DNA of 64,000 bases from NCBI GenBank assembly GCA_050290185.1, contig JBNKHE010000001.1:482713-546712 (forward strand), read 5' to 3'. A program made the translations under genes and the position numbers. The notes beneath the pieces were generated by a model. It worked only from the letters and a program-made list of their open reading frames with translations, was not told the DNA's origin and searched no databases. Shown piece after piece: positions 38,898 through 48,378 of this stretch; position 1 is the stretch's first letter, and the number at the start of each line of letters is the position of its first letter. This DNA comes from Pontiella sp. Lineage in GTDB: Bacteria; Verrucomicrobiota; Kiritimatiellia; Kiritimatiellales; Pontiellaceae.

Positions 38898-39647
38898 TCA
38901 GTTCACGCTGACGGGGAGCGGGATGAATTCCGCGACCTTTTCGTTTTTCAAAACGGCGATGGCGTCGGCCACCTTGGGGGCGATGGTGTTGTCGGCTTCC
39001 CACTTCCAGCCATCGGCGTCCGGGTAGCCGTAGCCGGCGATATCGCCCTTGTTGGTGCAGTAGTAGGCGCGGGCATATCCGATGTAGAGGGTCTGGACCT
39101 CAGCCTGGCTTCCGTCGGGCAGCTCCTTCGTTTCGCTCACGACCGTGATTTCGTTGGCGCCCTTGTTCAGCTCGTTGATGATGCCGATCACGTTCTGGTA
39201 GCGTTCGGAGAGCGACAGGTCGGTTTCCTCCGTCTTGGGAATGCGCTGGCTCAGCGGCTTGATGCGGTCCTGTACCGGCGACGGCAACGTCGGGAGCAGC
39301 GCGAGCACATTCCGTTCAAGAGTGAAGATCCGGTTGACCAACGTGGCAGATGCGTTCTTAAGCGAATCGTTTTCCTCTACCAGATCCTCGCGCTTCTTGT
39401 CCGCGCCGGTAATCAGCGACTGCGTCTCGTGGATCTTCTGCGAAAGCGTGTCCCGCTCGGAGCGGACGAGATCGATGCGGTCGCCGAGCATTTCGCGCTC
39501 CAGTTCCCACGTCTGCTTCTCCTCGGAGATCAGCTTGCGGGTTTCCACCCACTTCGAAAGCATCTCCTTGGTGCGATCCAGCTCCTGCGCCTGCACACAG
39601 GCCGCCGCGCCGGAAATGGCCAAAATCATCAGTAATTGTCTTTTCAT
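38898..39647 (-). CDS. DUF3450-like periplasmic coiled-coil protein
   Basis: Signal peptide, coiled coil, SLSERY, TLYIG...YY, W.W, ends PLPV; position between the TBDR and ExbB genes. Confidence 0.75.
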   Translation of the reverse strand: MKRQLLMILAISGAAACVQAQELDRTKEMLSKWVETRKLISEEKQTWELEREMLGDRIDLVRSERDTLSQKIHETQSLITGADKKREDLVEENDSLKNASATLVNRIFTLERNVLALLPTLPSPVQDRIKPLSQRIPKTEETDLSLSERYQNVIGIINELNKGANEITVVSETKELPDGSQAEVQTLYIGYARAYYCTNKGDIAGYGYPDADGWKWEADNTIAPKVADAIAVLKNEKVAEFIPLPVSVN

Positions 39648-39680
39648 GTTTACCTCGGGCTAGAGTTCTATTTTCAGATT

Positions 39681-39718
39681 GTTGGTTACGAGTGAGCGGT
39701 TTGTTAGCTGGCTGTTAC
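39681..39718 (-). promoter_or_regulatory. Candidate internal Pho box upstream of the DUF3450-ExbBD-TonB genes
   Basis: Plus-strand GTTGG 39681, GTGAG 39692, GTTAG 39703, GTTAC 39714: four units exactly 11 bp apart. Confidence 0.6.
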
Positions 39719-42700
39719 CATGTCCCTTTCACCCCCAGGCTGTACTCGATCCCTTTCGTGTAGGACGACTTGACGGTGTCTCCGGACAGGTGCTTGCTCC
39801 GGTAGACCTGCTGGATCTCCGGATCGGTCAGGTTCTTGGCCTTGAACGATAGCGAGAAGTGATCGGTCAGTTTCTGGGAGAGGGTAAAATTGAGTGTTGC
39901 GTGTTCCTTGGCATAGACATCGGGGAAGTATCCTTCGGATATGTTTGCCCCGGCCAGCAGGGCGTCGCCGTTGACGATGTAGAACAAACCCAGTTTGGTG
40001 CCCGAGCTGGCAATCCCGTAGGTGACGTTTGCGTTGTAGAGATATTCGGGAGCCCCCATCATGGCGCGCTTCGGCTCCGGATATCCGGCGCTCGCAAGCT
40101 CAACCGCATCGGCGTCTGAAAGCGTCACCTCCGAATCGATAAAGGTGGCGTTGGCACCGATGGCGAGCCCCTCGAGCGCATCCCAGAATTGTCCCAGCTG
40201 CTGGCGGCACTCGATCTCGTAGCCGGACAGCTTGCCTTCCGGATAATTAACCGCGGTAATATAGTCTTCAATGTTGGCTACATAGCCCTGAGTATATTCG
40301 ATCGGCTGGTCGACCTGCTTCTGAAACCAGGACATCGATACCAGACCGCCCGGATACGGCGCATAATCCACTCGCACGTCCTGATTTTTCAACGAACTCA
40401 TTTGGAGGAAGGGATTCCCCACGAACACATCGCCCCCGAGATATTCAACCTGCTGGATCGGCGTCAATTCCTTGAACGTCTGCCGGGCAACGGTTTCGCT
40501 GTAGGAAGCCCGCAAGGTCACGGTGTCGAGCGGCTTTAATTGCAACCCGTACGAAGGAAGGACATCGGTCTGGTGAAAATCCACATCCGCATCGCCTGCA
40601 TGAAGCTGCGATGCGCCGGACTCGCCCGGCTTGACCCACAGGACATCCTTCTCGGGATTGATCAGGGTGATGGCCAGATCGGTCGATTCAAACCGCGCCC
40701 CCCCGATCAGGGTCAGGTACGGGGTAACCGGCAGCTCGGCCATGTAGTACCAGGCCGAAAGGTCCTGCGAGCCTTCATAGTCCACATCGATGGTTGCGGC
40801 ATACAGGATATCGTTCGGGCCTGGATACTGATCGGTCCAGTATTCGGACCAGGGCAGTTTCGGCCCCGAGTAGGGATTGATGCTGTTATCGGCCGGGTTG
40901 CCGAAGTTGCTGTATGATTCCTGGTCATAGGTGCGTTCAACCGAGTCGCTGAACAAGCCGGTCTTCAGACTTCCTTCCTCACCCGACCACTGCTCGAACG
41001 GAATCTTCAGATTCAGGAAGTATTGATCGCTCTCCTCGGAAACGTCCTTCCACACCCGCTGCAGGTTCCCCAGCGTGGCCGATCCCGGCTTGTCCTGGTA
41101 GTATCCGGCATCCACCGTGTTGGTTGTAGGCGGTGCGCCGCGATAGCCCGGAATCACTTCCCGGTAACCGGGATTCCACAGCGATCCAAACAATCGCTTG
41201 TCGGGTTGCTTCAAAGCAGAGGTACTGTGCGCCAGCGTCCAATCCAGCTCCGGCTTGCCGAAGGAAAACCAATCCCCAGCTTCCCACTCCGGCACGGGCA
41301 AAACATGGTCGCCGCCCAACTGCAAGGTGGAGGTGTCGCGCTCGGTATAATTCAAGGTTTGGCTGCGGCGATAGGGCGCGGCGTTTGCATAGTCGGGGCT
41401 ATCATCCATGGCCATGGGATCGTACCCCGGAACCCGGGAGGTCACATAATAGTCCTTGCCGCGCGTATCCTCCGCCACAATCGCCTTGTCCTCGGCCACA
41501 TGCGTGGTCATGTACAACAGCGACAACGTTTGGTCATCCACTTCAAGTCCAACGGCTGCCAGCCCGCCCCATTGAACCTCGCTGGAACCCTGTTTAATAT
41601 CATAGAGACTGGTTTTGTAGTCGCTCGCAACATTGTTCAACGGATTGTCGCTTCCGGAAAAGAACGGCACCATTTGCCCGTTGCGTACCCACCACTTGTC
41701 GCTCCGCTTGTCATCGGTGTACGAGGCATCGGTTTTGTAGTAGAAGTTGGCCAGGCTCGCCACCTTTACGCCGTCGAAGAACGCCTTCTTGCCGCCGGCC
41801 GTCAACGACCAGTCGTACACGTCGGGCCGCTCACCGCGCGAAGTTCCAACCGCCCCCTTCCAGGTGGTGCCGGCGACTTGCTCATCGCGCCGCCCGTCAT
41901 TCAGCCCCCAGGTGCCAACCCCTCCGCCGGCATACGACAGAAACTCCCCATCGTCCGGCCATGAGTTTTTGTATTTCGATCCGATCGAAAATTTCAGGAG
42001 CCCATCCTCCGGCATGCTCTTGAGCACCACGTTGACCGACCCTCCGGAAGCATCGCCCTGCTGATCGGGCACGAAGGTCTTCGTAACCTGCACGCTTTCA
42101 ATCAGGGCACTGGGAAACTGGTCGAGCTGGACGGCGCGCTTGTCGGGATCGGCCGATGGCAGACGTACCCCATTCATCAGCGACACCACATAGCGGTCCG
42201 GCAAGCCGCGCACCACCGCATACTTGCCATCCTGCACAGTCGTGCCCGACACGAGGCTCAATGCCTGCGCCGCATCGGATACGCCGGCCTGGCCCATCAT
42301 ATCGGCACCGACCGAATCCATCAAAGCCGAGCTTTCCAAGCGCAGGTTGAGCAAGCCGATTTCCGACGCCCCCCCGAGCTGGATGTCGCGTACGACCAGT
42401 TCGTCCATATCCTCGTATTCGCCCGCCATTAGCGCATCGATTTCGGCCAGTTGCCCGGCACTGACCACGACTTGCGGCTTGGTCAGCCGCGTGTAGCCCG
42501 ACTTGCTGAAAAGCAGCGTATAGGCACCCGGCTCCACCCCTTCGAAGTAAAAGCTTCCGGCATCACCGGTTTGCGTCTCCTGCCCAGTTTCCGAAACACG
42601 GATCTTCACGCCGGGGAGCGGCACCTCAAAATCCGAATCGGTGACCGTGCCGCGTATACCGCCCAGTTGGGCATAGCTCCCTGCAGCAACCAGCCACAGA

Positions 42701-42738
42701 GCCGTGGGAAGCAACCATTTAAAAGCTCGTGTTACCAT
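39715..42738 (-). CDS. TonB-dependent receptor
   Basis: Signal peptide, N-terminal carboxypeptidase-regulatory-like domain, plug (VVRGLPDRY...VQLDQFPSALIESVQVTKT), beta-barrel with KNLTD and terminal aromatic W. Confidence 0.93.
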   Translation of the reverse strand: MVTRAFKWLLPTALWLVAAGSYAQLGGIRGTVTDSDFEVPLPGVKIRVSETGQETQTGDAGSFYFEGVEPGAYTLLFSKSGYTRLTKPQVVVSAGQLAEIDALMAGEYEDMDELVVRDIQLGGASEIGLLNLRLESSALMDSVGADMMGQAGVSDAAQALSLVSGTTVQDGKYAVVRGLPDRYVVSLMNGVRLPSADPDKRAVQLDQFPSALIESVQVTKTFVPDQQGDASGGSVNVVLKSMPEDGLLKFSIGSKYKNSWPDDGEFLSYAGGGVGTWGLNDGRRDEQVAGTTWKGAVGTSRGERPDVYDWSLTAGGKKAFFDGVKVASLANFYYKTDASYTDDKRSDKWWVRNGQMVPFFSGSDNPLNNVASDYKTSLYDIKQGSSEVQWGGLAAVGLEVDDQTLSLLYMTTHVAEDKAIVAEDTRGKDYYVTSRVPGYDPMAMDDSPDYANAAPYRRSQTLNYTERDTSTLQLGGDHVLPVPEWEAGDWFSFGKPELDWTLAHSTSALKQPDKRLFGSLWNPGYREVIPGYRGAPPTTNTVDAGYYQDKPGSATLGNLQRVWKDVSEESDQYFLNLKIPFEQWSGEEGSLKTGLFSDSVERTYDQESYSNFGNPADNSINPYSGPKLPWSEYWTDQYPGPNDILYAATIDVDYEGSQDLSAWYYMAELPVTPYLTLIGGARFESTDLAITLINPEKDVLWVKPGESGASQLHAGDADVDFHQTDVLPSYGLQLKPLDTVTLRASYSETVARQTFKELTPIQQVEYLGGDVFVGNPFLQMSSLKNQDVRVDYAPYPGGLVSMSWFQKQVDQPIEYTQGYVANIEDYITAVNYPEGKLSGYEIECRQQLGQFWDALEGLAIGANATFIDSEVTLSDADAVELASAGYPEPKRAMMGAPEYLYNANVTYGIASSGTKLGLFYIVNGDALLAGANISEGYFPDVYAKEHATLNFTLSQKLTDHFSLSFKAKNLTDPEIQQVYRSKHLSGDTVKSSYTKGIEYSLGVKGTW

Positions 42739-43934
42739 GGATCTCCCAAACCGCTCTTGATTTCATTTATGCGCTTCCAGAGCACCGCATCGGGCTGCAT
42801 GCCGTGCGTAGCCATGGAAAGTAGAATCTGGCAAAGGTCTTCCGCCCGCGGGCGGGAGTTCGTGTTGACGACCGCCTGCTCGACGGCCTGCGCGTAGATT
42901 TTTTGGGCATTCGCTGCGTCGCCGGCAAGGGCATACGCTTCGGCCACGGGAAGGAGCGCTTCCGTTCGGTAGATATTGATGATATCGGCCTTCTTGGCAT
43001 TGAAGATTTCCTGCGCCTCCAGCAACTCGCGCAGAGCCGCTTCCCGTTGGCCGCACTTGATTTCAAGATTGGCAATCCGGGCCAGCACCTTAATGTGGTA
43101 TTCCGCAGGCCATTCCAAACTGTTGACGATCCCGCGGGCTTTCCCGGCCAACCGCGCAGCCTCTGCACCATTATCGTGCTTCAACGCCGAATCGATCAGG
43201 GAACCCAGCAAATCAATGCGGTTGAAGTAAGGGATCTTGTCCCAACCCGATTCAATTTTTTCTTCAATCAATGCACGTCGGGACGCGTTGTCGTAGAACT
43301 GGTCGTAGAGTGCCGCATAGGCGTACAACGCGCTGTCCTTCAGATCGAGGTCGCCGGTGTCCAGTTGCAGATCGAGCTTCCGGCTGTATTCGTCGAATTC
43401 GGCCTCCGTGCAGCGCATCGACTTTTGCAGGGCCGCCGAGCCGGACTCCGTTTGTTTCAGAGAGTTTCCATATTGGGCCGCTTTTTCCATATCGCCCATG
43501 GCCCGCCAGGTCTGGGCCACCCGGACCAAAACCCGTTCGCGGCGCCAATCCTGCGTTGCGCCGCGGGCGGCGATGTCCGCCTTCTCCAGCAACGAGGCCA
43601 CTTCATTGGTATATCCTAGCCCGACGCAGTAGAAGGCATAGTCGGCATACGCCCTGCCCCGGCGCCAGTTGGGAATTTGTCCGGCATATTTCAATGCGCG
43701 AGAGGGCTGATCCAGCTCCAGGGCGCTGTCCACCACCAATTCCTGATAGTGGGCGCGGTCCTTGATGTGCGGCTCCAACGGAATGGCTGTCGCGAATGCA
43801 AAGGCTTCGTCCAACAGCTCGGCCTGGAACGCAGCTATGGGCTGGTCGCGGAGACGTTCCGTTTGCGTTTCGACACAGCCGCTTGCCACGATCAAGAGCA
43901 AGCCCATCCAACATACTTTGTTCAATACATACAT
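42732..43934 (-). CDS. Putative helical-repeat lipoprotein
   Basis: Lipobox LIVASG-C after a hydrophobic stretch; Ala/Leu-rich helical repeats; overlaps the TBDR start by 7 bp. Confidence 0.75.
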   Translation of the reverse strand: MYVLNKVCWMGLLLIVASGCVETQTERLRDQPIAAFQAELLDEAFAFATAIPLEPHIKDRAHYQELVVDSALELDQPSRALKYAGQIPNWRRGRAYADYAFYCVGLGYTNEVASLLEKADIAARGATQDWRRERVLVRVAQTWRAMGDMEKAAQYGNSLKQTESGSAALQKSMRCTEAEFDEYSRKLDLQLDTGDLDLKDSALYAYAALYDQFYDNASRRALIEEKIESGWDKIPYFNRIDLLGSLIDSALKHDNGAEAARLAGKARGIVNSLEWPAEYHIKVLARIANLEIKCGQREAALRELLEAQEIFNAKKADIINIYRTEALLPVAEAYALAGDAANAQKIYAQAVEQAVVNTNSRPRAEDLCQILLSMATHGMQPDAVLWKRINEIKSGLGDPW

Positions 43935-43977
43935 TGATTCCACACTGTTTTCTTACCGCACACACACATTTATTTTT

Positions 43978-44013
43978 GGCAAAAGAGTGGTGGCAGGGAC
44001 GGTCCCTGCCACC
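43978..44013 (-). terminator. Intra-operon hairpin (partial terminator or mRNA stabiliser)
   Basis: Perfect inverted repeat GGTGGCAGGGAC-G-GTCCCTGCCACC followed on the minus strand by ACTCTTTT. Confidence 0.65.
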
Positions 44014-44041
44014 GGGGTTTCCAGAATCACCGGGATTCGAA

Positions 44042-45778
44042 CTACTTCAGAACCACGCGGTAGAATCCGGAGGCCTGCAGATCGGCGTCGCCATAGTTCT
44101 TGTAGGAACCATCACCAACAACGCTAGCCACGTAGGACCACGGTCCGCCGGGATTGTCGGAACCTTCGATCACGTATTCCACGCCGTCCTCCGACTGGAA
44201 TGAAACGACGACACCGTTGGCGATGGACGCAGCCGGAGTATCGCTGTTCATGCTGGTATCGGTCATGCCGTAGGCATCAACGGCGGTCCAGCCGGCGAGC
44301 CAGTTGTAGTGGGGCGAGAATCCACCGCGGTACGGAGCCGCAACATAGAAGCCGTCGGCCGTTTCCGGGTTGGCCACACTGGCAGCGGCATTCTGCGCAC
44401 AGGGATTGATGTTGGTCACCAGTGCAACGCTCTTGCCACCGCGGGTCACGACCGGTCCGCGGGTGAAACTGACGATCGGATCGTCGGTGGTCACGATGTT
44501 GTCCAGCGCCGGATTGCTGGCATAAGCGCCTGCAGTTCCGTTCAGGATGCCGAGCGCAAGCACCTGGTCGCCGGAATCATTTTCATTGACGTAGTTGAAG
44601 AGGCAACCCTTCATTTCAGCCAGGTAGCCGGACGTCTGCACCGGATACATGTCGGCGGCATCGGCATAAACCGAGTTCGTCCAGTTGACGGCCGGGTAGT
44701 TCGAGTAGGCCGTGGTCCACAGGTCCGCGAAAGCGAGCGTACCATTGTAGCCGTAGCCCTGGGCGCCGTCGCCGTCATCGCCATCCAAACGGATAATTTC
44801 TTCGCCGATGTCCATGAAGATGCAGTTGTGGTACTGAACACGGGCACCATCGCGCCACGTGGTAGCGCCATCGCCGGAGAACGGGTTTCCGATTACGGTG
44901 AAGTTGGCGATCTTGGTGGAGGTGCAGGGTTGTGCGTCGGAATCCTCGGCACCGTCATGCTCGAAGCAGTTGTCGCCAAGACCGGAACCCTGGGAGTCAT
45001 CCTTGGAATAGCCCTGAACGATCAGGCCGAACTGGGCCTTGCCGCGCCAGCCCTGGTCGATGTCCATGCTGTCGTCGCCGACATTCCAAATGCTGATGTG
45101 CTTGTAGTTGACCGTTCCGCCCCAGGTTTCAATCCCGTCGTCGACGTTGTTCATGATTTCAACATAGTCTACGTCGGTTTCACGACCGATGCCGCCCATG
45201 GAAAGACCGTTCAGCTCGTTGGCCAGACCAACCACCTTGCCGCCGTAGCGCAAGGAGAGGTATTTGATCGAGCCGCTGTCGTCGTTGTCGTCGTTACCAC
45301 CGTAGAAGGTATCGTTGGTTCCGTCGGCAGTCAGACCTTCCATCTGAACCGTGTTCAGACCGGTTGGTGTCGGCGTGTTGCCCGGACGGCTGCGTACGGT
45401 GTCGGAGTAAGCGCCGATCAGCGCACGGCCCATCAGCGTCAGGTTGCCCCATTCGTTACAACCTTCATGCCAGCTGGTCAGATTGTCGGACGTGGAGGTC
45501 ATGATGACCGGCGCATCCTTGGTGCCGTTGACATAGATCTTGGCCCCGCGGGACACCGCAAGCGATCCACCAACACCAGTCGTGCTTTGCACCAGCGTAC
45601 CCGGCTGGATCGTCAGCGTGGCACCGGCGCGCACATAGATTTGCTTGGTCAGGTTGTATACGTTGTCGGATGTCCAGGTTACCGAATTGGTGATGTCGCC
45701 CGTGACATCCACATTGGCCGCCTGCGCACCCAAACCGGCGGACAGCATGGCTGCCGCTATTATGAATTGCTTCTTCAT
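44042..45778 (-). CDS. Secreted beta-helix-like (Asp/Gly/Asn-rich) protein with C-terminal FYRV-type domain
   Basis: AAGGAG RBS, signal peptide AQA-A, LTIQPGT, FYGGNDDNDDSGSIKYLSLRYGG, NELNGLSMGGIG, DDGIETWGGTVN, GDDSMDIDQGW. Confidence 0.8.
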   Translation of the reverse strand: MKKQFIIAAAMLSAGLGAQAANVDVTGDITNSVTWTSDNVYNLTKQIYVRAGATLTIQPGTLVQSTTGVGGSLAVSRGAKIYVNGTKDAPVIMTSTSDNLTSWHEGCNEWGNLTLMGRALIGAYSDTVRSRPGNTPTPTGLNTVQMEGLTADGTNDTFYGGNDDNDDSGSIKYLSLRYGGKVVGLANELNGLSMGGIGRETDVDYVEIMNNVDDGIETWGGTVNYKHISIWNVGDDSMDIDQGWRGKAQFGLIVQGYSKDDSQGSGLGDNCFEHDGAEDSDAQPCTSTKIANFTVIGNPFSGDGATTWRDGARVQYHNCIFMDIGEEIIRLDGDDGDGAQGYGYNGTLAFADLWTTAYSNYPAVNWTNSVYADAADMYPVQTSGYLAEMKGCLFNYVNENDSGDQVLALGILNGTAGAYASNPALDNIVTTDDPIVSFTRGPVVTRGGKSVALVTNINPCAQNAAASVANPETADGFYVAAPYRGGFSPHYNWLAGWTAVDAYGMTDTSMNSDTPAASIANGVVVSFQSEDGVEYVIEGSDNPGGPWSYVASVVGDGSYKNYGDADLQASGFYRVVLK

Positions 45779-45988
45779 GTAATCATCTCCTTTGTTTTTA
45801 AAACCGTTACGGTCACCCGCAGATTGATTCGTGGTTTGCCAAAGGGCCGGAGACGGCGGCATCTTCTGTTTCTAGCCCGTCCGGCTCCGGTCAAATCCGC
45901 TGAAACGTCAAAGTGGTTGGGTTCGTTTCAATTTAATTCGCCCCAGCGGATTTATTCCCTTTGACGCGGCCCATTTGGCGGGTTTCGT

Positions 45989-46037
45989 GTTTGGAAATGA
46001 TTAGAAGGCGTTATGGATGCCGTTGGGTTTGTGCGAG
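45989..46037 (-). promoter_or_regulatory. Candidate Pho box array upstream of the TonB-system operon
   Basis: Plus-strand GTTTG 45989, ATTAG 46000, GTTAT 46010, GTTGG 46022, GCGAG 46033 (about 11-bp period). Confidence 0.5.
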
Positions 46038-46074
46038 CAAACAGCAAGCGTAATATTATGATTGTATGAGCAAC

Positions 46075-46103
46075 AAAAACGCCCCGTCCGGAAACGAGGC
46101 GTT
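46075..46103 (-). terminator. Rho-independent terminator after the HMG-CoA reductase gene
   Basis: AACGCC..CGT/ACG..GGCGTT imperfect hairpin with A-tract (U-tail on the minus strand). Confidence 0.6.
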
Positions 46104-46130
46104 AACAGTATCTTATGTAGACCAGTTGGA

Positions 46131-47162
46131 TTATTTACCGCGTTCGATGCGGCGATGGGCGTCCATGAGTTCGCCGGGGTTGGTCTGGGCAGCGAGGAGG
46201 GAAAGTTCGCCGCAAAGGACGGTGGCGGCGCACAGGCAGGCGAGACGGCGGGAGTTTTCGCCGGGTTCGCGGGCTTCAACGAGTCCCATCCGCTTCATGT
46301 TTTCCAAAACAAAATCGAGTCCCTTGCCGTTGCCGACGGTGCCGACGATGAGATTGGGCAGCGTGACAGAAAAATAGAGATCCCCGCCCCGCTCTTCAGC
46401 CATGGTGAGCCCCTGCGAGCCTTCGACAATGTTGGCGGCATCCTGTCCGGTGGCGAGATAGAAGCCCAGCAGCATGTTGGCGAAGTGGGCGTTGGCGCTG
46501 CGCAATCCGCCGGCGAGCATGGTTCCAATGAGGTTCTTGCGGATATTGAGCTGGACGATCTGCTCCGGCGTGGTCTTGAGGTAGCGCTTGCAGAGCTTTT
46601 TCGGGATGGTCAGCTCGGCGACAACGTATTTTCCGCGCCCGAGGATGCCGTTGACGGCGGTAGCTTTCTTGTCGGAGCAATAGTTGCCGGAAATCGAGCC
46701 GTATTTGAGTTCGGAATGGTATTCGAGAATATGGTTCATCAGCGCTTCGGCCGCCTGGGTGCACATGTTGTGGCCGGAGGCATCGCCGGTGGTAAATTCG
46801 AAACGGATGAAAAGGAGGTTGCCGGCAATCTGGCTATGCAGGTCAATCAGCTTGGCAAAGCGGCTGGTTCCTTCGACAATTTCCTGCAGCTTCGGCATTC
46901 CGCTCTTGATGCTCTGCAACGCCAGCACAGCGGCGGTGGCATCGGGGGCCTCGAATAGCACGGAGCGGGTCATACGTTCGTCGACGACCGTGCATTGAAT
47001 CCCCTTTTCGCAATTCATCGAAACGCGTGCTCCGCGGTTGACCGATGGCCACAGCGGCGTCTCATAGGTCGCCAACGGCACCTCGTAGTCGCCTTCGATG
47101 ACGGGACCGGAAATCTTCAGCGGGCCGACAAACTGCATGGGGATCTGCGCATATTCGCTCAT
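46131..47162 (-). CDS. hmgA: Hydroxymethylglutaryl-CoA reductase (class I-like, soluble catalytic domain)
   Basis: VPLATYETPLWPSVNRG, TGDASGHNM, SGNYCSDKK, GQDAAN, VGTVGNG, C-terminal His; ATG at 47162 with GGAG RBS. Confidence 0.9.
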   Translation of the reverse strand: MSEYAQIPMQFVGPLKISGPVIEGDYEVPLATYETPLWPSVNRGARVSMNCEKGIQCTVVDERMTRSVLFEAPDATAAVLALQSIKSGMPKLQEIVEGTSRFAKLIDLHSQIAGNLLFIRFEFTTGDASGHNMCTQAAEALMNHILEYHSELKYGSISGNYCSDKKATAVNGILGRGKYVVAELTIPKKLCKRYLKTTPEQIVQLNIRKNLIGTMLAGGLRSANAHFANMLLGFYLATGQDAANIVEGSQGLTMAEERGGDLYFSVTLPNLIVGTVGNGKGLDFVLENMKRMGLVEAREPGENSRRLACLCAATVLCGELSLLAAQTNPGELMDAHRRIERGK

Positions 47163-47386
47163 GTTCAACTCCTTGGGAATGCAACAGAATAGGTGCGGCA
47201 CACGATGGTTGTCAAATGCTCGACGTTCCTTTATCCGGCACCAGATGACCGACAACCTCACCTGTGCAGCCATGGAATTCCCAAGTGATAATCCTTTATC
47301 GTTGCCCTCGGTCCATCCTAGAATCCGGGCCCTCAATCAAGACAAGTCGACTATGTACGACGATGAAGCAGAAGGTTGGTTGCACA

Positions 47387-48112
47387 ATGAGTGAAGATAG
47401 GCTTTTTTCGGGAAAGCGCGATTTGATCCAGAATTTTGATTTTGGTGAAGCAACCGCGAGCGTATTCGATGACATGCTCGACCGGTCGGTTCCCTTCTAT
47501 CATGAAATACAGCGGATGATCGGGGATCTTTGCGCCGATTTTGCCGTACCGGGAACAAACATCTACGACGTCGGGTGCTCCACCTGCAACACCTTTCTGG
47601 CGATCGAGCAATACATCCCCGACGATTGTACCTGCATTGGACTCGACTCTTCCCAGGACATGCTCGACAAGGCACGGGAAAAACTGAACGCCCGCTCATT
47701 TTCCAATCCCATCCAGCTGGATTGCGTCGACCTCAACAATGGCGTAACGGTTTCGAACGCGTCGGTCGTGATACTCAATCTAACCCTCCAGTTCGTACGA
47801 CCGCTCTTTCGCGAAAAGGTAATCGACTGCATTGCCGCCGGAATAAATCCCGGCGGATGCCTGATCCTGGTGGAAAAAGTGCTGTCCGCAGACTCAACGA
47901 TCAACCGGCTTTTCATTAAGCACTACTATGAGATGAAGAAACGCAACGGCTATACCGAGATGGAAATCTCGCAGAAGCGCGAGGCTCTGGAAAACATCCT
48001 TATCCCCTACCATTATGATGAGAACCGCAAGCTGTTGCTCGACCATGGCTTCAAATCCTGCGACAGCTTTTTCCGGTGGTACAACTTCTGCGGGATGGTG
48101 GCGATAAAATGA
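47387..48112 (+). CDS. cmoA: Carboxy-S-adenosyl-L-methionine synthase
   Basis: FDF...VFDDMLDRSVPFY, YDVGCS, LNLTLQF, EISQKREALENILIP, FRWYNF. Confidence 0.88.
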   Translation: MSEDRLFSGKRDLIQNFDFGEATASVFDDMLDRSVPFYHEIQRMIGDLCADFAVPGTNIYDVGCSTCNTFLAIEQYIPDDCTCIGLDSSQDMLDKAREKLNARSFSNPIQLDCVDLNNGVTVSNASVVILNLTLQFVRPLFREKVIDCIAAGINPGGCLILVEKVLSADSTINRLFIKHYYEMKKRNGYTEMEISQKREALENILIPYHYDENRKLLLDHGFKSCDSFFRWYNFCGMVAIK

Positions 48113-48378
48113 GCGATGACACAACGAATCCATCCGACGATATAACTCCCCTGATCCATCCAAAGTGAATGATCGCCATAGGCCTTTCCATTTTCTACGG
48201 ATCGCTCTGGATGTACGTACTTGTCATCCCGTTCTTCATCTAGGTCTATCATCATAGAAGAAAACCGGCCGTTTGAAGAACCCCCGGGTAACGGCGTAGC
48301 TCCGCCAGAGCCTTTAGCTTACCAAATAATCATCTTTACGGCATTGAAGCAGGAACCCGTTAACGGCATATTTGTTTG

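Noticed and set aside
44309..45964. 551 aa plus-strand ORF
   Set aside because: Antisense shadow of the secreted beta-helix-like gene, which has the RBS and signal peptide
48013..48255. 80 aa minus-strand ORF between cmoA and arnT
   Set aside because: Overlaps the cmoA 3' end by 100 bp on the opposite strand and has no recognisable motif; cannot be supported, though a small gene or remnant is not excluded
48300..48378. Possible Pho box before arnT
   Set aside because: CTTAC, TTTAC and TTAAC occur but not at 11-bp spacing
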